This document shows, piece after piece, positions 27,797 to 38,529 of a stretch of DNA of 64,000 nt; position 1 is the first letter of the stretch, and the number at the start of each line of letters is the position of its first letter. The DNA comes from Nitrospinales bacterium. GTDB lineage: Bacteria; Nitrospinota; Nitrospinia; Nitrospinales; VA-1. The stretch lies in contig OZ253496.1 in assembly GCA_965262115.1 (NCBI GenBank), forward strand, positions 512,001-576,000, in the 5' to 3' direction. A program made the translations under genes and the position numbers. The notes beneath the pieces were generated by a model, which saw nothing but the letters and a program-made list of their open reading frames with translations, ran no database searches and was not told where the DNA came from.

Positions 27797-29265
27797 CCTC
27801 AAGCCTACCAGGTTTTTTATTCGCCATTCCCTTTTTTGCCGCAATTGTAATACCAGTTGTCGGTTTCACTAATCAGAAACTTTGTCGCCCGATTGCTCTC
27901 GGTGCTTTGGTTTTCCTTAGCATTGTATCGGTCATTGGCTTGAGTGAGGCTATATCGCATGGTCCACTGTCTCATGAATTTGGGGGATGGGCACCGCCTA
28001 TTGGCATTGAGTGGGTGATCGATGGGTTGAGCGGACTCCTAATGGTAGCGATTAGTATCGTCTCGCTTATTGCGCTTGTGCATGCAGGCCCTCTGGTCGA
28101 AAAAGAATTATCCGGTCGAGTGATACCCTTTTATTCTCTTTCTCTTCTGTTAATTGCAGCCTTGGGTGGAATGGTATTGGCCGGAGACCTGTTTAACCTT
28201 TTTGTTTTTTTAGAAATCGGCTCGCTGGCTAGTTATGTTCTGGTCGGTGTGGCTGGAGGCCGTTCTCTTCTTTCTGCTTATCGCTATTTGATTCTCGGTA
28301 CCATCGGGGCATCCCTATACTTGTTAGGTGTGGGGTATTTTTATGCGGAAACCGGAACGCTCAACGTGGCAGATATGGCGCTACGACTTCCGGATGTTCT
28401 CGATTCTCGGGCGGTGCTAACAGGGTTGATATTCATTGTCTTGGGGTTGTCCATTAAGATGGGATTATTCCCATTGCATGGATGGTTGCCTGATGCATAT
28501 ACCTACGCACCGGACTCTTGCACTCCTTTACTAGCCTCGGTGGTGACGAAAGTTCCATTATATGCTTTCGTCCGTATTGCCTTTTGGGTTTTTGGTATGG
28601 CCACGGTGACCACACAAATCCCAATCTTGGTGGTGCTGGGCTGGGTCGGTGCTGTGGCTGCGATTGTTGGAGCTTACCGTGCAATTTGGCAAGAAAATTT
28701 CAAACGCATGTTGGCGTATTCTAGCGTTTCCTCTATGGGATTAATTATGTTGGGTTTCAGTCTGGGTACTGAAACAGGATTTGCGGGAGGACTGTTTTAC
28801 CTCTTGGCGGATACCTTGATGAAAGCCGCTCTCTTTGGCGTGGCTGGAGCCGCGAGCTGTCAATATGGCGCGAGTACAGTGACAGACCTTGCGCGATTGC
28901 GACGAAACATGCCCTGGGTGTTGGCTGCATTGGTTATCTCGGCATTGTCCATGGTGGGCATTCCTCCGACTGCTGGATTTTTCGGAAAATGGCACTTGGT
29001 CGTCGGTGCATTGGAGGCTGAGAAATACTTTGCTGTCGTTGCTATTTTGGTCACGAGTATGCTGACCGCCTTGTATTTCTTTCGAATGTTTCAACGTGTG
29101 TGGGCCGAAGAATCCCTTCCGCTAGTTGAGCCTCATGTTCTCGAGACGCCCTTTCCCATAAGGATGAGTTTAGGTGTTCTGACTTTCGGGATTATAGCGT
29201 TGGGGTTGGGAAGTGATCTTGTTATGGGGTTAATTTTTGAGTCGGTTATCCCGAAGGGATTTTAA
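27793..29265 (+). CDS. mrpD: Na+/H+ antiporter subunit D (MrpD/MbhH-like)
   Basis: GGWAPPIGIE, DLFNLFVFLEI, KMGLFPLHGWLPDAY, KRMLAYSS, GIPPTAGFFGKW. Confidence 0.92.
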   Translation: MTSSLPGFLFAIPFFAAIVIPVVGFTNQKLCRPIALGALVFLSIVSVIGLSEAISHGPLSHEFGGWAPPIGIEWVIDGLSGLLMVAISIVSLIALVHAGPLVEKELSGRVIPFYSLSLLLIAALGGMVLAGDLFNLFVFLEIGSLASYVLVGVAGGRSLLSAYRYLILGTIGASLYLLGVGYFYAETGTLNVADMALRLPDVLDSRAVLTGLIFIVLGLSIKMGLFPLHGWLPDAYTYAPDSCTPLLASVVTKVPLYAFVRIAFWVFGMATVTTQIPILVVLGWVGAVAAIVGAYRAIWQENFKRMLAYSSVSSMGLIMLGFSLGTETGFAGGLFYLLADTLMKAALFGVAGAASCQYGASTVTDLARLRRNMPWVLAALVISALSMVGIPPTAGFFGKWHLVVGALEAEKYFAVVAILVTSMLTALYFFRMFQRVWAEESLPLVEPHVLETPFPIRMSLGVLTFGIIALGLGSDLVMGLIFESVIPKGF

Positions 29266-29290
29266 TTTCTTTAACTAAAGTGAATGGGTT

Positions 29291-31231
29291 GTGATGGAAT
29301 TTGTGTATATCTTTATCCCGCTTCTCCCTTTATTGGCGTTTGTTGTACTTGCGTTGGGTGGTAGCCGGTTTCCAAGCGATAGTCATAAAATAGGGATCCC
29401 TGCAATTGCAGGCTCTTTTATATTGTCGATCCTTGCTTTTGTCCAGGTCTCGAAAAATGGCCCGATTGATGTGCCGCTTTATACTCTGCTGGAGTCTGGA
29501 AATTTAACGATTGACTTGGGTTTGCATATCGATCAGTTGACTGTGCTACTGCTTTTGGTAACTGGTGTCAGCGGTGTGGTTCATGTGTACTCCTCTAGAT
29601 ACATGATCGATGATCCTAAATACAATCGATTCTTCGCGGTGATTGCACTCTTTACTTTTTCCATGCTCATGGTGGTAATGAGTCGCAACCTGCTCATGCT
29701 TTATTTTTTTTGGGAGGTCATGGGGCTCTGTTCTTATCTGCTGATTTCTCATGCTGCAGATAGAAAGTCAGCTGGACAAGCTGCGACCAAAGCGTTTTTG
29801 GTCAATGCCGTAGCTGATGTAGGATTCGGTCTGGGTGTGATTCTTGCGTTCAGGACATTTGGTACACTCGATATTCCTCAGATTTTGGAACTAGCTCCAG
29901 CCATGGCTAATGATACAGTAAATGTCCTCGCGTGGATGGGTCTTGATCTTCATATTCGATCTGTCACACTTATTTCACTGCTTTTATTTACAGGTGTGAT
30001 GGGTAAATCCGCACAGATTCCATTTCATGTGTGGTTGCCGTTTGCTATGGAAGCTCCCACACCTGTGTCTGCATTAATCCATGCTGCAACCATGGTGAAT
30101 GCGGGTCCATTTTTGTTAGTGCGATTGAGTCCATTGATTATTCTTTCTCCGTTCGCCATGACGGTCATTTTCATTATTGGTGCCACTACCGCGGTATTTG
30201 CTGGGTTAGTTTCCTTGACTCAATCGGACATCAAAAAGATTTTGGCCTATTCCACAATGAGTCAAATCGGGTTCATGGTTATGGCATGTGGTTTGGGCGC
30301 GTTTGCAGTTGCGATTTTCCATCTTCTTGCCCATGGGTGCTACAAAGCGTTCTTTTTTCTATCTACCGGCAATGCGTTGCGATCAGTGGAACAGGGCCTT
30401 GGGCATGGTGACCATGAACACCCTGTCTCTGATGGCATGGGGGTCTTATATGGCGGGGCCTTGTTGTTGGCGTTACTCCCGCCGTTAGTGCTGTTTTCCG
30501 GATCGTATGAATATTTGTGGGGGGTCACGGGGTTTATTTCTGCCACGATCGGATTTAAAGTCATTGGCTTGGTTACGGTATTTGTGACTTCTCAATATCT
30601 TTTTAAAGGTGTCACCTCGCTTTTTGTTCACGGTCCAAAGACGTACTGGCCCGCTTCAGGACAGCATAGTTTGGAGACGCAATCTATTCGACCACAGCTT
30701 TTAAATAGCTCCATTTTAACTGGCCTTTTTCTGGCTACGTTTTTTGTAGGGGGGCTATTGACTCTGTTTTGGAGTTGGTTCGCCGACTTTCTTGCTCCGG
30801 CTTTGACCTTTCCAGGAGTCACGTTGGGCGAAGGTGCAGTTGAGCATGGCTTTCCTTTTTGGCTTGTGGTTTCTCTTGGTGTGGCAATTGCGGGATGGGT
30901 CTATGCATACTCAACACAAGTTCGATCTCAACATCAGGTCTCCAGAGCAAGTAGGATAAGCAATCGATGGTATGTCCTATTTTGGAATAAATTCTACGTC
31001 GATGAAATCTACGATATGTATATCGTAAATCCCATCATCCGGTTGGCCCAACGGTTCTCTCGATCGGCTGAGACGAGAGAAATGCGACAGAGTATGTGGA
31101 AGTTCGGTCTTCAGACTATGCCTTTGAGCGACATGTTAGTCTTTGCCAAACCACGCTTAATTGGGCACAACATTCTCTTTTTGATTTTTGGTTTTGTGTT
31201 TATCATGAGCCTTCTTTATATTTTGAGTTAA
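29291..31231 (+). CDS. dabB: NuoL/ND5-like proton-pumping subunit (probable DabB partner of DabA)
   Basis: FWEVMGLCSYLLI, GKSAQIPFHVWLPFAMEAPTPVSALIHAATMV, KKILAYSTMSQIG, HGCYKAFFFL; in the same operon as dabA. Confidence 0.82.
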   Translation: MMEFVYIFIPLLPLLAFVVLALGGSRFPSDSHKIGIPAIAGSFILSILAFVQVSKNGPIDVPLYTLLESGNLTIDLGLHIDQLTVLLLLVTGVSGVVHVYSSRYMIDDPKYNRFFAVIALFTFSMLMVVMSRNLLMLYFFWEVMGLCSYLLISHAADRKSAGQAATKAFLVNAVADVGFGLGVILAFRTFGTLDIPQILELAPAMANDTVNVLAWMGLDLHIRSVTLISLLLFTGVMGKSAQIPFHVWLPFAMEAPTPVSALIHAATMVNAGPFLLVRLSPLIILSPFAMTVIFIIGATTAVFAGLVSLTQSDIKKILAYSTMSQIGFMVMACGLGAFAVAIFHLLAHGCYKAFFFLSTGNALRSVEQGLGHGDHEHPVSDGMGVLYGGALLLALLPPLVLFSGSYEYLWGVTGFISATIGFKVIGLVTVFVTSQYLFKGVTSLFVHGPKTYWPASGQHSLETQSIRPQLLNSSILTGLFLATFFVGGLLTLFWSWFADFLAPALTFPGVTLGEGAVEHGFPFWLVVSLGVAIAGWVYAYSTQVRSQHQVSRASRISNRWYVLFWNKFYVDEIYDMYIVNPIIRLAQRFSRSAETREMRQSMWKFGLQTMPLSDMLVFAKPRLIGHNILFLIFGFVFIMSLLYILS

Positions 31232-31279
31232 ATGCGAGATTGTCGAAATTTTTATGGAACTTAAGGGTCTATTGATTCG

Positions 31280-32782
31280 ATGCTTTCAAATCACCTTCTG
31301 AGTTGGCTGCTTGTGCTTCCCTCCTTGGGAATTGGAGCCTTATGCTGTATACGAGACCGAGAAATGGTCAATCGCGTCGCCTTGGCCAGCACCCTTCTCA
31401 CCTTTGGCTTGTCGGTAATCATCTGGATGCAGTTCGATTTTGCAAAAGCCGATATGCAATTTGTTGAACGATTCGAATTAATGCCAACGCTAAAGGTTCA
31501 GTATGCCTTGGGTATTGACGGCATCAGCCTTATCATGGTCGTCCTGACTGCTTTGCTGACTCCCATTGCCGTTTTGTGCTCTTGGAACACTATCAAAACA
31601 AATCTGCATGTTTTTATGGTCCTCATTCTCTTGTTGGAGACAGCCACACTCGGCGTATTTCTTTCGCTAGATTTGGTATTCTTCTATATTTTTTGGGAAC
31701 TTACGATGGTGTGTGCGTACTTTTTGATGGTGGTATGGGGGGGACCGGGTCGAAGCTCTGCTGGATTAAAATTTGTCCTGTATAGCTTTGGCGGTGGCCT
31801 TCTTCTCTTATTGGCTATATTGGGCCTCTATGTTCAGGGTGGACAAACATTTGATCTAGTGACGTTATCAGATTATGCATTTAGCACTTCTACTCAATAC
31901 TGGTTATTTCTCGCATTTTTTCTGGCCTTTGCTATTAAGGTCCCCATGATTCCTTTTCATGCTTGGTTGCCGGGTGCTTATGCTGAATCACCCACTGCTG
32001 GCAGTGTTATTTTAGCTGGAGCATTATCCAAGATGGGAGCCTACGGATTGTTGCGTGTCTGCCTACCTCTTTTCCCTGAAGCTTCCATTTATTTTGCACC
32101 ATTCATTTTATGGCTGTCGATTGCAGCCATTATTTACGGTGGACTCATGGCTTTAGCACAGACTGATCTTAAAAAGCTCGTGGCCTATTCTTCAGTTTCC
32201 CACATGGGTTTTGTCACTCTCGGAATTTTTGTGTTCAATAGCCAAGGTATCCAGGGGGCCGTCTTGCAAATGTTTAATCACGGGATTATTACGGCAGCCT
32301 TATTTATTGCTGTTGGACAATTGTACGACCGCACTCACAGTCGAGCGATTTCTGACTACGGCGGCTTGCATAAACCCATGCCCAGATTTGTTGCATTGTT
32401 CTTTTTGTTTTCAGTCGCCGCCTTTGGGCTACCAGGCACCAGTAATTTCATTGGCGAATTTTTAGTCTTAGTAGGAACTTCTTATGTCAGCTTTGCCATG
32501 GTTATTATCTCTATGGGCGGTATTGTTTTAGCTGCCGCATATATGTTGTGGATGCTCCAAAGGGTGGTGTTGGGAGAGCCATCGACAGAAGCCGCCAAAG
32601 TGCTCCCAGATTTAGCGAATCGGGAATTGGCTACGCTGATTCCATTGGCTATCCTCGTATTGTGTATTGGATTGTATCCCGGACCATTGATGGAGATGAT
32701 GGATGCGAGTGTAACTCACCTCATCCACCAAACAACAGGGCTGCAAGTTGATGAAATATCTCAACTTCCGCTTAGGCCCTAA
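31280..32782 (+). CDS. nuoM: NuoM/ND4-like antiporter-like subunit
   Basis: LGIDGISL, FFYIFWE, KVPMIPFHAWLP, KMGAYG, KKLVAYSSVSHMG, LPGTSNFIGEF. Confidence 0.88.
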   Translation: MLSNHLLSWLLVLPSLGIGALCCIRDREMVNRVALASTLLTFGLSVIIWMQFDFAKADMQFVERFELMPTLKVQYALGIDGISLIMVVLTALLTPIAVLCSWNTIKTNLHVFMVLILLLETATLGVFLSLDLVFFYIFWELTMVCAYFLMVVWGGPGRSSAGLKFVLYSFGGGLLLLLAILGLYVQGGQTFDLVTLSDYAFSTSTQYWLFLAFFLAFAIKVPMIPFHAWLPGAYAESPTAGSVILAGALSKMGAYGLLRVCLPLFPEASIYFAPFILWLSIAAIIYGGLMALAQTDLKKLVAYSSVSHMGFVTLGIFVFNSQGIQGAVLQMFNHGIITAALFIAVGQLYDRTHSRAISDYGGLHKPMPRFVALFFLFSVAAFGLPGTSNFIGEFLVLVGTSYVSFAMVIISMGGIVLAAAYMLWMLQRVVLGEPSTEAAKVLPDLANRELATLIPLAILVLCIGLYPGPLMEMMDASVTHLIHQTTGLQVDEISQLPLRP

Positions 32783-32824
32783 ATAAATCTTTGTCCTTCC
32801 CGTTTTAACTGGACATGAATATCA

Positions 32825-32853
32825 TTGACAAACCCCTTATTTAATAATAGTGT
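32825..32853 (+). promoter_or_regulatory. Sigma70-like promoter upstream of the porD-like gene
   Basis: TTGACA-N17-TAGTGT. Confidence 0.55.
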
Positions 32854-33005
32854 GCCCGTTTCTTAATGGGGTTTGCCCAGTCCAAAAAAAAGCGATTGCC
32901 CGTTATAAATCAGGCTCTCGACTTTTATCGATTAAATTATTCCGTAACCCCTGTTTAGGGAAACCCAGTTTCAATTTGCAAAATATTCATTGGAGGTTTG
33001 TTTAG

Positions 33006-33725
33006 ATGCCCAAATTAGAGATAGGTCCTATCGGTTTACTCCCCCCTTCTGCCGCAGCAATGGGTATTTTCTCGCCTGACAAAGATTCAGGATTGGACTT
33101 GGTTGAAGGAGAGCAGGTTCCAACTGACGAAGCTATCAAAAAAGCCGCGCGCGAAATATTGACTCGTCGCAACCCGACCCTTTTTCCCGGGCCAATGATT
33201 GTTTGGGGGTGGACTAAGGAAACCGTACATAAGGCAGAGTTGGCAATGGAGCTGGTCAATGAGGTCCCCGGTATGAACATAATTACCATGCCCGACTACC
33301 GGCCCATTTATCCTAAAATTGATCCCGAATGGGTGATCAACCCCTGCCATCCAAACCTGACCATTCAGCATAATAAAATTGAGACTTGCATCCTTATCGG
33401 AGTGCATTGTCATTTCGCAAATATAACTCTGAAAATGATCCGCGCAAATACCAATTGCTACACCATGGCATTTTGTCAGTACGATGGTCATGAAGATGCG
33501 CTTATCTCTTTAAGAGATGTGGCTGATGTTAAACTGCAAAAGGTGACGGAAGCAATTCGCCAGGCTAAAAAGGATGGTGTAGAACCTTGGGGCCTGACTA
33601 AGGCAGGGAAAGATGAACTGGAAGATATCGCCGCTCGAAAAGCGGCTGCAAAGGCTCCCGCAAAAGCAGACACCACTCTGTTTATGGGAGAATTGGAGCA
33701 GGGACTGGACGAAAACGCAGAGTGA
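33006..33725 (+). CDS. porD: Delta subunit of five-subunit pyruvate/2-oxoglutarate:ferredoxin oxidoreductase (CODH beta-subunit-like family)
   Basis: GP.GLLPPSAAAMG...RNPTLFPGP...MPDYRPIYPKIDP..VINPCHPNLTI.HNKI..C..IGVHCHFAN..LKMIRA.TNC...GHEDA; GGAGGT RBS. Confidence 0.8.
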   Translation: MPKLEIGPIGLLPPSAAAMGIFSPDKDSGLDLVEGEQVPTDEAIKKAAREILTRRNPTLFPGPMIVWGWTKETVHKAELAMELVNEVPGMNIITMPDYRPIYPKIDPEWVINPCHPNLTIQHNKIETCILIGVHCHFANITLKMIRANTNCYTMAFCQYDGHEDALISLRDVADVKLQKVTEAIRQAKKDGVEPWGLTKAGKDELEDIAARKAAAKAPAKADTTLFMGELEQGLDENAE

Positions 33726-34184
33726 GCACAGCTTTAAACTAAATAGTTTTACAACCTCAAAAAGTCCGCCTAAATCAAGTGGCGCAGTTGAGAAAAGCGT
33801 TTACAGGGTACGACTTTTGAAAGTAAAAGAGTCTGTGTAGAATATCTTGTGTCGGGAGACCAACTGTACATGCAAATGTCAACTGCCGCATTGCTTTTGT
33901 CGTAGAAAGCAATTTTACAACAAACGGTGCGCCGCCATCTCAATCACCCTGTACACCAGAAATAACTATAACTCCTCACTCTTATTTTTCTCCGTCATAT
34001 CAAAAAACCTGATAATTACTGTCAAATTTGATTATAGCCCATTTAGAAAGAAAAATGAGGTAAATATGTTTATACAAGGCCTTTGAGCCAGAAATAGGCG
34101 AGTTCATTTAATTTGAATAACTTAAAACCACCCCCTCCGCTCAAAACTCTACCTACAATCAAACAAAAAAATCCTCCCTCCAGC

Positions 34185-34221
34185 TTGACATGACTGCTAG
34201 GGGGTCTTATTTAACTAGCAG
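34185..34221 (+). promoter_or_regulatory. Putative dnaK promoter with overlapping inverted repeat
   Basis: TTGACA-N17-TATTTA; CTGCTAG-N14-CTAGCAG spans the -10 box. Confidence 0.45.
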
Positions 34222-34296
34222 ATTTGCAAAGAGATATCACCCATTTACTCAACCCGGTAAATGGTATTTATAAAAACAAGGAAAGGATCAAAGCTC

Positions 34297-36210
34297 ATGG
34301 GAAAAATCGTAGGCATAGATTTGGGCACCACCAACTCCGTGGTCGCCGTTATGGAAGGAAGCGAACCTAAAGTTATCCTCAATGAGGAAGGAAGCCGGAC
34401 CACTCCTTCTGTAGTCGCATTCACGAAAGAAGGCGAGATACTGGTGGGGCAAGTGGCAAAAAGGCAGGCCATCGCTAACCCGGAAAACACGATTTTCTCC
34501 ATCAAACGATTCATGGGACGGGCTTTGAATGAAGTGTCGGAAGAAATGAAAATGGTTCCTTACGAAGTCATTCAAGGATCCAACAAGGAAGTTCGGATAA
34601 AAGCCGGCGACAAGTCTTACACCCCCCCCGAAATATCGGCCATGATTCTGCAAAAATTGAAGAAATCCGCAGAAGCCTATCTTGGCCAACCGGTCACCGA
34701 AGCTGTTATCACTGTACCGGCATACTTTAATGATGCCCAACGCCAGGCAACCAAAGATGCCGGAAAAATTGCGGGACTGGAAGTTAAACGGATTATCAAC
34801 GAGCCCACCGCCTCCGCGCTGGCTTATGGACTGGACAAGAAAAAAGACCACACCATTGCAGTTTATGACTTCGGTGGCGGTACTTTTGATATTTCAATCC
34901 TTGAAGTGGGCGACAATGTCGTCGAAGTTAAAGCCACAAACGGAGACACTCATTTGGGTGGCGACAATCTCGATCAGCGTGTCATCAACTGGCTGGTAGA
35001 CGAGTTTAAAAGGGAACAGGGCATTGATCTTTCCAAAGACAATATGGCTCTGCAAAGGCTTAAAGAAGCGGCTGAAAAAGCCAAAATGGAACTTTCAACC
35101 ACCAATGAAACCGACATCAACCTTCCCTTCATCACTGCGGACGCGGGAGGCCCCAAGCATCTCAACATCAAACTTTCCAGATCAAAATTTGAAAGCATGA
35201 TTGATGACCTAGTGGAAAAATCAAAGACTCCCTGTATCCAGGCATTAAAGGATGCCGGAGTGAAAGCAGATCAAGTTCATGAAGCGATTCTGGTCGGCGG
35301 ATCCACCCGGATCCCCAAAACACAGGAACTGGTTAAAACCCTTTTTGGCAAGGAACCTCATCGCGGTGTTAATCCGGACGAAGTCGTCGCACTGGGTGCG
35401 GCAGTTCAGGCAGGTGTCCTTTCCGGAGACGTGAAAGATATCCTTCTTCTTGATGTCACTCCACTTTCTCTTGGAATTGAAACGCTGGGCGGGGTTACCA
35501 CCAAACTTATTGAACGTAACACCACCATCCCCACTCGCAAGGCGGAGACCTTTTCGACGGCCGCAGACAACCAGCCTGCGGTAGAAATCAATGTCATCCA
35601 GGGTGAGCGCGAAATGGCAAATGATAACCGGTCTATCGGAAAATTCCATCTGGACGGAATTCCACCCGCACCCCGGGGCATGCCGCAAATTGAAGTGACC
35701 TTTGACATTGATGCCAATGGCATTTTACATGTAGGCGCTAAAGATAAGGGTACCGGCAAAGAACAAAAAATCACCATCACCGACTCAACCGGGTTGAAAG
35801 AAGACGAGATCGAGCAAATGGTCAAAGATGCTGAAGCCAATGCAGAAGTGGATAAGGAAAGACGAGAGAAAATTGATGTAAAAAACCAGCTTGATTCCGT
35901 CATTTACAGCACAGAAAAAACCATTAAGGAAAATAAAGAGAAGCTCAAAGAGGAAGATATCAAAGAAGCTGAGGAAGCTATAGAAGAAGCCAAGAAACAC
36001 CTTGAAGGCGAAGTACCGGCTATGAAAGAGCAGCTGGAAAAAGTTAATGAGGTGGCCCACAAACTGGCTCAATCCATGTATTCCCAATCCCAGGAACAGC
36101 AAGACAGCGACACACCCCCCGAGGGTGACGCGGATGCAGGCTCTGACAGCGAAAGCAAGTCGGACGATGACGTTGTCGATGCCGAGTTTGAGGATGTCGG
36201 GAAAAAATAA
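34297..36210 (+). CDS. dnaK: Chaperone DnaK
   Basis: [33 protein letters not shown]. Confidence 0.99.
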   Translation: MGKIVGIDLGTTNSVVAVMEGSEPKVILNEEGSRTTPSVVAFTKEGEILVGQVAKRQAIANPENTIFSIKRFMGRALNEVSEEMKMVPYEVIQGSNKEVRIKAGDKSYTPPEISAMILQKLKKSAEAYLGQPVTEAVITVPAYFNDAQRQATKDAGKIAGLEVKRIINEPTASALAYGLDKKKDHTIAVYDFGGGTFDISILEVGDNVVEVKATNGDTHLGGDNLDQRVINWLVDEFKREQGIDLSKDNMALQRLKEAAEKAKMELSTTNETDINLPFITADAGGPKHLNIKLSRSKFESMIDDLVEKSKTPCIQALKDAGVKADQVHEAILVGGSTRIPKTQELVKTLFGKEPHRGVNPDEVVALGAAVQAGVLSGDVKDILLLDVTPLSLGIETLGGVTTKLIERNTTIPTRKAETFSTAADNQPAVEINVIQGEREMANDNRSIGKFHLDGIPPAPRGMPQIEVTFDIDANGILHVGAKDKGTGKEQKITITDSTGLKEDEIEQMVKDAEANAEVDKERREKIDVKNQLDSVIYSTEKTIKENKEKLKEEDIKEAEEAIEEAKKHLEGEVPAMKEQLEKVNEVAHKLAQSMYSQSQEQQDSDTPPEGDADAGSDSESKSDDDVVDAEFEDVGKK

Positions 36211-36281
36211 TAGTACCCAATCATGTGCCTCCGAGTTCTTCGGGGGCACGACTCTATTTCCTAACAAACACGAACAACTCC

Positions 36282-36887
36282 ATGGCCAAAAAAAAATCAG
36301 ATGCTGAACCCAAAGACGAACCCGTCATTAATATTGTTGACCGAAGATCTTCCCTTCTTGACGAAGAAACAGGTGACGAAGCGAGCGCGAACATTGACGA
36401 ACGCCTGCCCACCTATGTAGAACAACTCAAGCAGGAGGCAGAAGAAAAAGATAAACGCCTGCGCGAATACATTGCTGCCTACAAAGAAAAATCCGGGGAA
36501 AATGATGACTTTCGCAAGCGCCTGGAAAAAGATAACGACATTCGCCTGGATCAGTTCAAGGCCAATCTATTCGCACGCTTGATCCCGATTCTTGACAATT
36601 TGAACCGGGCCATTCAAACCACCGGTTCCAACAAGGAGGCCCTTCAGCAAGGCGTTGAATTGGTTGCCAAACAATACGCCCGAGAAATGAAGAACAACGG
36701 AGTGGAAAAAATCGACACTCAGAACAGAAAATTTAATCCTAACACTGACGAGGTCGTCATGGCGGAAGACACCACAGACCCGGAAAAGGATAATATGATT
36801 ATTGAAGAGCTGGAACCGGGCTATGTTTTTAAGGAAAAGTTGATCAAGGCCGCCAAAGTCAAAGTGGCCCATTTAAAAACCCCTTAG
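36282..36887 (+). CDS. grpE: Nucleotide exchange factor GrpE
   Basis: LIPILDNLNRA...KFNPN...GY....LIKAAKVKVA; lies between dnaK and dnaJ. Confidence 0.9.
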   Translation: MAKKKSDAEPKDEPVINIVDRRSSLLDEETGDEASANIDERLPTYVEQLKQEAEEKDKRLREYIAAYKEKSGENDDFRKRLEKDNDIRLDQFKANLFARLIPILDNLNRAIQTTGSNKEALQQGVELVAKQYAREMKNNGVEKIDTQNRKFNPNTDEVVMAEDTTDPEKDNMIIEELEPGYVFKEKLIKAAKVKVAHLKTP

Positions 36888-37000
36888 AAGGGGAGGCAAC
36901 TGGGCAAGGACTCATCAAGCCGAGCTATCACTTTGCTAGCAAATAAAGCGATTGCTAGCTGGCTCCACGCCTAGTGATTCTTTCTGGAAAATAACGACTC

Positions 37001-38089
37001 ATGAGCCAACGTGATTATTATGAAGTACTCGGCGTTTCTACAAGCGCCAATGAAAGCGAACTAAAAAAAGCCTACCGGCAACAAGCCCTCAAATACCATC
37101 CCGACAAAAACCCGGGCGATAAACAGGCAGAAGATAAGTTTAAGGAAGCTTCCGAGGCTTACGATATCCTGAAAGACCCGGAAAAAAGGCAAGTCTATGA
37201 CCAGTTCGGCCACGAAGGCCTTAAGGGTCGAGGCTTTGGCGGATTCAGCGGATTCGATGACATCTTCTCCCAGTTCGGAGATATTTTTGGTGATTTTTTT
37301 GGCGGAGGTGGCGGACAGGGAACCGGCTCGGACCTGCGCCTCGATATCTCCATCACCTTTCAGGAAGCAGTTTTTGGTACCGAAAAAGAAGTTGAAGTTA
37401 GCAAGCATAACCCTTGCGGAACCTGCAGAGGTTCTGGAGCAAAACCCGGTCACAGTCCCCAACCCTGCCGGACCTGTAGAGGGACCGGCCAGGTCATCCG
37501 TGCGCAAGGATTTTTTAGCGTCCAGTCTACCTGTCCCGATTGCCGGGGTGCAGGACAAACCATTACCCATCCCTGCACCGAATGCCATGGAGATGGGCGG
37601 GTACTTAAAAATAAAAAACTTTCCATCAATATTCCAGCAGGTGTCGACGATGGCTCCCGTCTTCGATTAAGAGAGGAGGGAGAACCGGGACCCCAAGGCC
37701 TTCCGTCCGGAGACCTTTATGTCATCATGCATGTCGCCGCACATGAGTCTTTTCATCGAGAAGGCCACGATATCCATTGCAGGTTGAAGCTGACATTTTC
37801 TCAGGCCGCTCTGGGATCTGATATCGAGGTTCCCCTTCTCGATGAAGGGAAGTCCCAGATTATATCTGTTCCTGCCGGTGTGCAAACGAATGAAAGCTAT
37901 CGAATTCCTGGTGCCGGGGTTCCACAATTACGCGGACACGGCAGAGGTGACCTGATGATTCATTTCATTGTAGAAACACCCAAAGGCCTGAACAAGAGAC
38001 AGAAGGAGCTGTTCAGGGAACTGTCCGAAATAGACGGCAGCCCCGTCAAAGAAACGTTAAAAGGATTTTTCCAAAAACTAAGAATGTAG
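37001..38089 (+). CDS. dnaJ: Chaperone DnaJ
   Basis: J domain with HPD, G/F-rich region, four CxxCxGxG repeats. Confidence 0.98.
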   Translation: MSQRDYYEVLGVSTSANESELKKAYRQQALKYHPDKNPGDKQAEDKFKEASEAYDILKDPEKRQVYDQFGHEGLKGRGFGGFSGFDDIFSQFGDIFGDFFGGGGGQGTGSDLRLDISITFQEAVFGTEKEVEVSKHNPCGTCRGSGAKPGHSPQPCRTCRGTGQVIRAQGFFSVQSTCPDCRGAGQTITHPCTECHGDGRVLKNKKLSINIPAGVDDGSRLRLREEGEPGPQGLPSGDLYVIMHVAAHESFHREGHDIHCRLKLTFSQAALGSDIEVPLLDEGKSQIISVPAGVQTNESYRIPGAGVPQLRGHGRGDLMIHFIVETPKGLNKRQKELFRELSEIDGSPVKETLKGFFQKLRM

Positions 38090-38172
38090 TCTTTTCATCC
38101 CGATTTGTTTCCAAATTTCATCGGCACTTAAAATACTCTGCACCCGGTAGAGTTCACCACCCTCTTCTAAAT

Positions 38173-38378
38173 GAGGCCTTTGCATAAGTCAAAAAAGCAG
38201 AAAAGCGAGATGCTTCGACATACCCCTCCGGGGCAAGAAAGCAATGGTTAAATATCACTAGCTCAGCATGACAAGAAAAAGTACTTTTGTCATTCTGAGG
38301 AGCAACATGAGGAAGACGTGATATTTTTCCTTAGCCTTCGTGCCCCAACGGGGTAATCCAAGGTTATGCAAAGCTCTC
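38173..38378. mobile_element. MITE-like non-autonomous element (206 bp)
   Basis: Terminal inverted repeats GAGGCCTTTGCATAA / TTATGCAAAGCTCTC (13/15 match); internal hairpin CTCAGCATGACAA...TTGTCATTCTGAG; no ORF. Confidence 0.65.
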
Positions 38379-38529
38379 CTTTTAAATTAAACAAATCTCA
38401 TTAAGTATTTTTAATTTCGAATTAATGGGCCTTTAACTTTCAGGTTTTATTATTATCCCAACAGCATTAATTATCAAAACCCGTGTTGTCACGGTTTCAA
38501 AAATTCAATCGAGTTGGAGGATTTCCATC

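Noticed and set aside
29291..32782. Respiratory complex I (nuo) operon
   Set aside because: Only L- and M-like subunits are present; nuoA-K and nuoN are absent and the context is dabA/mrp.
33006..33725. Carbon monoxide dehydrogenase
   Set aside because: The fold family is shared, but no catalytic CODH/ACS genes are present and the motifs fit a POR delta subunit.
34174..34241. Canonical CIRCE element
   Set aside because: TTAGCACTC-N9-GAGTGCTAA is not present; only swapped partial half-sites are seen.
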